A stretch of 64,000 nucleotides of DNA, from assembly GCA_951406725.2 (NCBI GenBank), contig OX597814.1, positions 198,834,001 through 198,898,000 on the forward strand, given 5' to 3'. The notes beneath the pieces were generated by a model that was not told where the DNA came from, ran no database searches, and worked only from the letters and a program-made list of their open reading frames with translations. Source of the stretch: Octopus vulgaris (lineage: Eukaryota). The first letter of the stretch is position 1, and the number at the start of each line of letters is the position of its first letter. Made by a program: the position numbers and the translations under genes. Shown piece after piece: positions 53,991 to 64,000 of the stretch.

Positions 53991-54924
53991 ACCTATGACA
54001 AAAAAAAATGTAAGATCCAAGGATCGAGGTGTAGGAAGAAAGTTAGCTTCGAGCAATCCGTAGTAAATGTAAACAAAATAAATTCAGGGACTATAATGGT
54101 TTTTTGAGATGGAAGTTTGTGGATTATTTCGTATCGAAGAACGATAATCTGACAAAAAGTTCTTTTTATATTCCCCGGTAGGCGACTGGGTTGGCCGGGT
54201 GTGTAAATAAGAAAAGAAGATTTATGGAATGGAGTAGGTAAGATCCAGACTCCGTGTTTTTCATAGTGGATGAAACCTCAGAGGAGGTAAAAATCCAAGC
54301 GAGGTGTATAATGCCGGCTACTCATATATGCATACACCACTTGTATATGTACGTACATGTATATATGTACGTATATGTATGTATATGCATTTAATGTAAT
54401 GTGTGTGTATATGTATGTGTGCGTGTATATATATGTATGGATGTACACACACACACACACACATTTATACAGTGCTAAATTCTTCCTTATTTAGTGAGAG
54501 TTATTTTGCCAACAATGCACATACAATGCTTTTTATATTTCTTTTTTTTTGTTATTAAGGAAGTTAAGTAATTTACCAATCAATCGCATGATCAATGTTT
54601 AATCAATCATCTGCTGGTTCGTCGGACATTTTCCGTCATAGCCATTGACCTTATCGACAACACGATCCCGCATCTGTCTGTTCTACTTCGTTCAGAAATT
54701 GATTTCTTTGTTTTCCTTGCTATGTGAAGTTTATAGGATTTGAATTGCGCCAATTTTATTCCAATTCGAGTGATTTTTATTGTTTTCTGCGTTGCTTGAT
54801 CGTCAGTATCTATGTTGCGTGTGTGTGCTTGCGTATTGATACCTGGACATCTTTGTTTAGCACACTAAAATTTCTTATGAGCAGTAGTATTGTAAAACCT
54901 ATATTGCTAAGAGAAATATATTTT

Positions 54925-56400
54925 TTGCAGTGCCTGGGTGACCTCTTCAGTTGTTATAGATCCATATGTGCTCAGGTCTTAAGTTCGTTGTCTTGATAGC
55001 CCTTTTCTGAGGTTGTTCCTTTGCTGGTCATATTTCTTTCCGAAATTCTTCCACTTCTTCTGCTGTTGGTGCTGCATTGATGTCTCTTTTAATTTGCCAA
55101 GTTCTTGGTAGAATCTTTTGGGGTTGGAATTGAACTGTTTGTTTTGTTCAAAGACACGTTGGCGTTTCTCATACTACCGGATCCTTTGTGCTTTGGCAAG
55201 GATATATTATTTTAGCTGTTCTTTTACTTCAGGTAATTCTTTTTCTGTAATGTTTGCACAGTATTTTTGTTTTCTTTTTGTTCCTTAGTAGTGCTGATTG
55301 TCTATTAGTTTCGTTAAGAACTGGCAGATCTCTTCTTTCGTTTTCTATTTTCCTGGATATCATTTATCCACAGGATTTGTTTCGGTGGTGGTACTCCTGT
55401 TTGGATGGGTTTGAGGGAATATCCACCTTCTTTTGTGGCCACAGTGGCTGCTGCATATATTATGTCATTTAGCTTAGTGATATTGACATTTGTTTCTGTG
55501 GCTATTAGTTGTGTGACGGACAGGTTCATGCTATTTATTATTGATGCTGTTTCATTATCTTTTTTGATTTTTGGGAGGTATAATCGGTGGTCCCAACTGA
55601 GATCTGTGGTTTTCAGTTCTTTGATTATTCTCATTTTTATAGTATCATAATCATTAGGTTCCCCTTCACTATTTCCTGCTTTTAGATTTGTTTCACCTTC
55701 CTTCCCGTTCATGTCTGTCTGTGGTGTTTTGGTTTGGCGCTTTTTGCACATCCTTATACATTCCAACGGTCTGGGTTTGTTGTCTTTTGTTGTTTACTTC
55801 GCTTTTGTTGGAAGTGTTACGTCTGTCTTCGTGTTTTACAGTCTCAGTGCTTATATTATTTGGCATTGCTGTGTGGTTACTCTCTACATTTTCCTTACGT
55901 GTTTTTCCTTTTAAATGTTCTATTTCTGTTACGTTTTAGTTTTGAGAATATATCTTCGTATGTTAGCTAGTTTATTAGGGTTCATTGCGCTATCCAAGTC
56001 TGTATTTAGGTTATTTTTCTTCCAGATTTTATATGTATATATTGTTTTCGTTCTTTGGGTAGAGCGTTGCTGTAAAATAAGCGTGTAGGATTGAAAAATG
56101 TGTCCATATATGTTCCTCATGTGTCCATTTATGCTTTTTTGATTTTATTTGCGGAACATGAGGAACAACATCCGGTCCTTTATTTTGACGCTCATCATTT
56201 TCGTAGGGTACCGGTCCGTTCATTTCTGGTGTTGAATTATGTTTCACGTGTAGCTTTTCGTACTTTTTGTGTGACAAGTTTAAAGTACATACTTCCCGAT
56301 GTTATTCTTGGGTCTACATCTACTATCGTGTGTGTTAGTTTTATTCCTGCTATTATTTATACTTCCTTCAACTGTAGTATCATTCACCTTATATTCTGTA
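54925..56400 (-). mobile_element. R4/Dong-like non-LTR retrotransposon N-terminal fragment (degenerate)
   Basis: KHKWTHEEH..YF, RLYLPKIK, LNDIIYAAATV, AKAQRIR.YEKR, RFYQEL, PTAEEVEEF and ITTEEVTQAL across frameshifts. Confidence 0.75.
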
Positions 56401-59400
56401 AGAGATTATGATGCAGAAAAGACAGACGAATTTGTGGTTCTTGATAACATCATCTCATCACTTTATACACGGTGATATCTATCGTACTGTTAGCATGTCA
56501 GTTGTCTGAACGAAGGTAGTATTTACCTGTAGAGAAACTTAGACACACCCTCACAGATGCATGAAATACCCACATATATAAACAACGAACCACGCACACT
56601 TATGCAAATATATATATATAATGTGTGTGCTTGTGTGTGATAGGCGCGCTCAAGAATATAGACATCAATACAGTTTACTAAGGAAGTGAAACTGCTTCTA
56701 TTATAATGTGTGTTATTCCCTTTATTCTCTTGTGGATTGTTGCTATTAGAAAGTAATCAGCAAAGTGGCTGTTAAATTCAACAAAGCGATCTTTCAGTGT
56801 CACATATGTGTTTTCTTCTTCTCCAACTACCTGCTGCAGTGTGCTTTAGTAAAAATGTATACTGCCATTAATTATAAAACAGAATTACTTGAGTCGTTTT
56901 ATCGACCAAAATGAAATTATCTTTAAAACATCGCAGCTGGAAAGCAATCTGCAAGTACACGTCTTTTGAGCGATTCTCATGTAGATATACATCAGTTAAA
57001 TACAATTATGTATCTAATTAAGGTGCACGGTCAGGAAATATATAAGGAAAGAGCAATACGTCAATTAAAAGCCATCCCAGTACTTAATTCATATTACTTT
57101 TATTGACATAGAAGAATGAAGGGAAGGTAGAATAGACGAGGCAGGATTTGAATTGAGAACTTAAAAGGGGCGTAACTATATACCACAAGGCATTAATCCT
57201 ATATATAGTTCCTAATGTCTCACATCACTATCTACAAACAAGAAGATTGCATTAAATAATTTAGTTCCAGATGTACTCTGCTTGAACATAAGACGGCGCA
57301 GCCTCAGCTGAGATGCTTTTTGATCGGTAGGAGATGACCTTGTGTTTAAGAACAACTGTATTAGTAACACACCTAATGCGTATAGAGCACTAATGGCAAA
57401 TACTATTAGTTTTAAAAAGAAACGAAACTGAATTGCCTGGTCGTAATCAAGTGGATGTATTTCCGGTAAAGCACGAAATGCATGGAAACTTTCGAAGAGC
57501 TGAGTGGGTAATAATTAAATCAATGTCAGTAAATGTTATTGCCACGTGATTATAACTCCTGATGTGTTGAACTTCAGTTGAGACTAACAGAAGACAAAGC
57601 ACTTTTTCCTTTCTTTTTTGATTGTAGAAGCGTTGCTAAATTCGCGATAAAAAAAAAATTAAGAATTAGAAAACCTAAAACGTGATATATTTTCTTCTGC
57701 GATTTAAAATCCTTTTAATATAGAGACGGTTATGGCGTATCGTAGAGTTGTTCCTTCTGAATAGTGAATAAAATCAATACTGTATATGAATGACACATTT
57801 CAGACAATTTCAAAATGTATTTTAAGAAAATTTATGCGTTAAGAAATGATTCCTTATTTTCATATTGTGATAATCAGGTAAAGTTTGTGATTTATAATTA
57901 TGCAGAATTATACAGAAAGATATATAACAATAGATAACAACTGTAGACTTTGAATGGATCAAGGAATCTATAATTACACTAATGAGTACGTTACGACTAT
58001 CTGTGAAGATAAGCTTTATGCAGCCTACTATTTCTGATACAGTGATGAATAAAGTGTCAGCATTAATGCAATTTTATGATATATTTCTATAATAATGTAG
58101 CGTAGGAAGGATGTAACGTTACGATTCTGAAGTGGTAGTTATTTAGTTATAATGGATATATAAAATATATGCAGCATGCAACGTGTGGTATTCCTTTGCT
58201 GCAACTTGCAATCAGTAAAAATATTTATGTGGAAATGAATGCAACCGAAAGGAAGGACTAGAACGTTGGATTTATTGTTATAAGTAACTATAAGGCTTTT
58301 ATGGTAGCATCTAAACAGCCTAGATATTTCTAAATATATTTATGTATTTTATATAAAGAGTGACGACGGAACTATAATTTACACCGGTTTATAAACCGCG
58401 TTAATAGAAAGGGAAGTAATAAATATAAAGAAGACTGAGTGAATTGGTTATGAAGAGTGGTCGGAAATGATGAGCAGGCTAATGGGTTAAAAGGCTGAAG
58501 TGACCGGAACATGGATATATGTAATGTTTACTATGAGGGAGATAGAAATGTTACAAAATATAATAGCTGGAACATGAAATCATGGTTGGTTTGGGAATTG
58601 TGTCTGTGTGTATGTACGTGAGTATGTATGCGTGTATGAGAGAGAGAGAGGCGGAACACAAAGCAGAAGAGACAGTAAAGATTATTAATACAACTGTTAG
58701 AAAGAAACAATTGAAACCAAAATCCCTAAACATATAAATTACAGATAAAAAGTTTTTCATTGGGAACGAAAATACTAAAGCTAAGAACAAGGGTTAATAT
58801 GGAATCAATGTTTAACTGTTATTCCTTGTAAACTTAAAATTCTACAATAAAAGGAATTTAGCCCAAGGAAATACCGCTTTGAATGTTCGAAAATTTGGTA
58901 TTTTTATATAAAATAATTAGTTTAGCCGAGAGTAAGTTAATAGTGAATCAAATAAGAGAAATAGGAGATCATAATAGTATTAAAAATATGTATAATATAA
59001 TTAAGATTTTATTCCAGAAGTGAATTTAAAGGTAGACTCATCTAGGAGAAAGAATCTAGAGAAGACATATTCTTCAATTAAAAACAGTTTTTTCTCTATT
59101 TAAATATAATCAAATCGATGATTAGTAATGATGGAATAAGAATATTAAGAATATGCTCGTTTAAATAATTAAATAATTTGACACATTCAAAGATATTTAT
59201 GTTCTATACCTAAAACCAGAAATGCAAGGCTCTTTAAGAAATATATGGAAAAGAAACAACAATAATTAATGGCTCACATCTCTTTTAAGAAACAAAATAG
59301 TAACAAAAAGTTATTACGCCTCAGACGTAGACAACCCAGAAAAAATATGAAAGAAATTAAAATGAAATATACTAACCATATTATGGAAAGCAAACGATTT

Positions 59401-61049
59401 TAAGAGTTACGTAAGAGAATTTTATGTATTTGGTTTCAAAAATACCAGAAAGAGTCGGAGTAAATGCCATAGAAATAAGTGTCAAGGATTTAATTAGAGC
59501 AATGGACTTAAAATTTATATGGTTGGGATCTTAGACAAGGCTGTTAAATGAAAAAGTGTCTGTAAAATGCTATTTGCTGGAGGAAAAAAATTAAACATTA
59601 AAGCAACTAGTATTCTGCAGTCGTAAGACTGTTATACATAAAGAACATGTCTAAAGAAATGTCGAACGAGATACAATTGGCGCTGTATGAAATTAATAGA
59701 CTATTTAAAATTTAAAAAGGCTATAATTACTGACTTGTAATCAGTATGTTTGGAGACACTTAGTAGGGTGGAAAAAAAGATATTACATGCGTAAAATTCA
59801 TAAAATAATTGTAAAGTAAGAATATTAGACCTTATAAGATTACATTAAGACGAAATACAAAATGAATGTTTACGTAATCGAGGTCAAAGAATTACTAGAT
59901 TTTGTGAAATAGCAAATAGCACAAATTAGAAAGAAAAGAATTTTGTGGTAAAAACATACATCTAATACATACATATATCTGTATTATGTGTATGTATGTA
60001 TGATGTATGGAGGAAAAAATAAGCAATATGACATGAAACTGATTGAAAAAGTTACAGTAATATATCAAAAAGTTGTTGGAGGTGTATAGTATTGTTACCT
60101 ATTTAGAAATATAACAGACTTAACATATATTACAGTTCTAAAACAAATATGCCTACAAGACGTGACTATTTCTCAATGTAAATAACGTAATGAGAAATTG
60201 AAAATATGATTTATGATTTTGAGCTAGAGACTTAGCAGATACGTTATATTATCACCATAGAGTAGTCATCGACCATGTAGACTTCTGATTTATTTAGAGT
60301 TTTCTTTTAAAGGTAATTACTTCCATATATGCATAATTATGTTGCATATTACTATAAACAATATCATTCTTTTGTCTCTTGGGTTTTCATGCACTGCTAC
60401 TGTTTGATAGGACATGGGTGCATTTTATACTTTAAGATTTATAACATTTTAGGACAGCATCGTTTGTATCTCGCTAAACTTTATTTTAAAATGTTCTTCA
60501 AACTATAATTCTTTTAAATACTTTTTATTCTTGCATGTGTTTCGGACCGAAGGCCGTGGTGATGCTTGGGCGCTAGAGGTTTATCACTTTTTCAATAGCA
60601 ATGCGGTGCCCCAGCTTGGCCGCAGCCTCAAGGGTGAAACATAAAATAATAAAAGAATTCATTTTTGATTGACTTTCAGTGATAAAATGTTCAATTAACA
60701 GCATTTATTTAAAACTAAGGGTTGTATTAAAAAATATAAATTGGGGCTTGTTTAATGGTAATTATATGTATGTTCTACTTAACAATGAGATAGGTATTAA
60801 AGATTGGACAGAAAGAATTAAGCTAATTTATTGAATGATATAATTACAAAATGAAAGATCAATAGATTAAATTTACATTTATATAATGGTATTAAATATG
60901 GTTTATATAATGGTTGTTTTAATAAGTAAGTGTACTATTATCTATTGTTTAAAATGTGTGTTATATGGGTTTGCTAAATACTGAAAATTTTAAGTAGTGG
61001 AATATTGGATAAGCTCCTGAGAACTAATATACAATCTGCTTTTTCAATT

Positions 61050-62300
61050 TATATATATTACTTTATATATAAAAAATACAAAATGGGACAAGAACGCAAA
61101 ACATCCAGACAGTTAGGTGATACAAAAAGGGAAACAAAACATCCAGATAGACGATACAAAGAAATCAAGGACGGGTCACTCGGAGTTTTCTTTCCTCTGT
61201 CGAGTTCCAGATTATCTTTGCAATTTCCGCTGGTTATACTCGAGATTGCTCTAATCTGGCTAGGAAAAACTAAGCAAAGAGCATAAAAGTCCTTGCAAGA
61301 AAGCAGCAAATGTATACGGAAACATGGACGGAATAAACGAGAATGTTATACAAATACAAATAACAGGTGTCTTTCGACTAAGGACGAATCATATTAAGCT
61401 GGCGTGTGTGGAAGTAAAACCTTATGGCAGGGATACAAGATTTCACAGGCACAGGGAGAAATATAAATGTTGCACGGGCGGCGGTCGAACCAAGAAAGAT
61501 AGGTCAGGCTTGGCCGAACACTGGTCACTGGGGAGAGAAGAGAGAGAGGTAGTGGCAGGGAGACAGAAGAAATAAGAAGGGGCGAGAAAAAATGACAGGG
61601 ACACAGTGAAGTGAAAAGAGGGGGGAAAGTGAGTATGAAGAGAAGGCAATGAAATGTGAGAGAGGGGGAACGAAAGAAGGAAGAGTAGAATGAACGAGGT
61701 AAGCGTGAAAGGGCTGATAGAAAGAAGGAAAGAATAATAGAAAGAATAGAGAGAAAGAGAGAGTAAAATATTTGAATTTATTAAGATGATAGTATTGCAT
61801 AGAGTTAAGAGTAAATTGATAATATCCTTTCGGATTATGTTGTAAAGATTAGGTAAAAAGTGGATATAGGTGAGTTACATGGAGTATAAGTAAGGTAGGA
61901 TTTACAATGGATGTGATATTATGCATTATTGTATTAGGGTAAGATAAGTATGGGATTAAGTATAAAGAAAATAAAAATCAGAATAAAAACTTTTATATTA
62001 ATATCAAAGTGGATAAAAATGGCGGTTATAATTCTGTGCCCTAATAAGAAATGTTACTGAAAATTATGCGGATGGTATTATAAATGCTAATTAATCTACT
62101 TGTACATTAGAAAACAGGATATATATATGAACATGTGATTAGGAAGAATTATGTTCACCTACGGAATAAGTTATGTATATATACAAAAAGTAAGTTGATG
62201 TTGTAATTATATGCAATGCATTTTATGTTATATGATATAGTGAAATAGTGTTGGAAAACAAATATATAATTATATAAATTTGGAAAAAATATATTTATGA
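61050..62300 (-). mobile_element. Highly decayed putative Penelope-like fragment with (TA)-tailed terminal region
   Basis: Manual translation near 61830-61880 gives LTY/IHFLPNLYNIIRKD (resembles the PLE post-RT linker), then a pyrimidine-rich UTR. Support is weak. Confidence 0.3.
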
Positions 62301-62954
62301 GCATGCAAACATTGGTAAAATATTTCTGATTTATCATTTAAGAGATTGTGTTTAGAGAACAGGATATGGTATGTTTCATAAGTTACATGTCTTTATCCCA
62401 TCTTCTTCCCATAAACTTTTATAAATATATTTTAAAAATGCATTTGATGTTTTAGCAACATTTCAATGATCCATATCTAATCACATGAACTACGCGTCCT
62501 AATAATTTGTTGTCCACGTTTGAACGTTTCGAAACACAGTTGTCAAATTATTTCGTAATTCAAGACCGGAAAATATATGATTTGTTACATCTATAATCGT
62601 TCGAATGTTGATGATTCAAACATACAGTCGGATTGAAACATGTGTAGGATATTTTTGGATATTTTTCGGTGTTTTTTTATCCGGTTCCTTTTATATTTAC
62701 TCTTAGAGGTATCACTTTTACTTTGCATTACGCTTCCATTATGATAAAAATAAAATGAATCAAATTTCTATTACATTTTCACCTCCATTTTCTTTTATCA
62801 AGTTTATAAATTATTAGAGTATATATATATATATATATATACACTGTAAATTTATGGTGAATACTTGATAAGTGTAAGCACCTGTATATGCCAGATAGTG
62901 GTAGAGGTGAGAGAGAATATATCAAATAAAGTTAAAAACAGAATACAAAGGATA

Positions 62955-63048
62955 TCGCAGTACACGTGTTTCAAGCTTTATAACAATCCGTTATTACATC
63001 AGTGTATTATTGATATAAAAGATGGTTTAAAGCTCTCTTCAGCCGCAA
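62955..63048 (-). ncRNA. Type I hammerhead ribozyme with long stem II
   Basis: TTGCGG-CTGAAGA-GAGCTTTA...TAAAGCTT-GAAA-CACGTG-TA-CTGCGA. Confidence 0.85.
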
Positions 63049-63589
63049 ACATTGTTAGTCCAAAGAATTACATCATAGTATGAAAAGTACATGTAGTATT
63101 ACCCATTATAATAGGTTTATAATATCTCCTTCAAAATGTGTATTTGTAAAATTTCCTAACTGTATAAATGTATAAAGATTCATTGGATTTCGAAAATCTG
63201 CCCATACTGTATCACCAGTCAAAATAGAGCGACTGTTAAATAGGTTGGAATGAGTTTATATTTAATTCTGTTGTATTAGATAGGAAGGAAAACAAGATAG
63301 AAGAAAAAAAATAGAGAAAAAAGTTGAGTTAAAAACAATAAAAAATAAGGAATAAAGAGCAAGATTACTGGAAGTAAAAGACCATTCGACTATTCGTTGA
63401 GGTTGTAATTTGATATCGTTGTGATGAATGGTCAGTTTACACAAACTCGCCACTAAAAGTTACTAGCTTTATAAGTTTATAGTATATGTATATTGAATAA
63501 ATTGCGAAAATAACTCTAATAGTTCAGATACTAAGAAATAAGCATACTCAATTTTATTTTTACCAAATAATTTAGGAAAATGAATGGGT

Positions 63590-63788
63590 TATTTCCCTTG
63601 GCTATATATAAGGATCCCTTCCAGGCGCCTATTATCGATTTCTTCATCACTTGATTATATTATGAGGTTTCCAGACATGAGTTCTACTCACGTGTCAAGT
63701 TTCATCAAAATCGATAAAACGATGTAGGATGAGTTAGCTAAGAACTCTACAAACACCCACAGACAGAATTTCCCACATATGTAGTAGA
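63590..63788 (-). mobile_element. Helitron/HINE-like 5' end
   Basis: Minus strand starts TCTACTA..tctgtctgt...atcgattttgatgaaacttgacac. Confidence 0.5.
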
Positions 63789-63833
63789 TATATATATATA
63801 TATACAGTATATATATATACAGTATATACACAC

Positions 63834-63887
<54 letters not shown>

Positions 63888-64000
63888 GCATACATATGTA
63901 CGTGTATATACACGTTTATAGATATACTATATATACGTGTGTGTGAATGTTTATCGCGGTCTTTCTAGCGTCATCCTTATACTTTCGTCGTATTTCAAAT

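Noticed and set aside
58400-60000. Possible ancient L1/Tx1-like LINE (FIWLG-like motif near 59515)
   Set aside because: Too degenerate for a supported call; it needs BLASTX.
61190-61275. CTGTCGA followed by a ccagatta/taatctgg hairpin
   Set aside because: It lacks a correctly placed GAAA-stem III-UH, so it is not called as a hammerhead.

Overview
AT-rich, microsatellite-laden eukaryotic DNA made almost entirely of transposon-derived sequence. The SINE families and (TA)n/(CA)n load look like an octopod cephalopod genome (inference). No host protein-coding gene is supported, and most track ORFs are microsatellite artefacts. Supported content: Penelope-like element (PLE) RT and GIY-YIG fragments; mariner/Tc1 relics (two with TIRs); a complete non-autonomous Helitron; RTE, CR1 and R4/Dong LINE fragments; and many tRNA-derived SINEs, including head-plus-tandem-body multimers. 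The main hidden signal, read by eye, is a dense and diverse set of type I hammerhead ribozyme (HHR) motifs: about 10 intact or near-intact cores plus several decayed or half copies, most with short palindromic stem III. Most sit in short PLE pseudo-LTR-like units ending in (TA)n. Two cases stand out: a ~5 kb fold-back element with an HHR at each outer end (16.7-21.8 kb), and a ~240 bp tRNA-headed HHR-carrying SINE-like element (41.5-41.7 kb). All folds were paired manually; none has been computed or tested.
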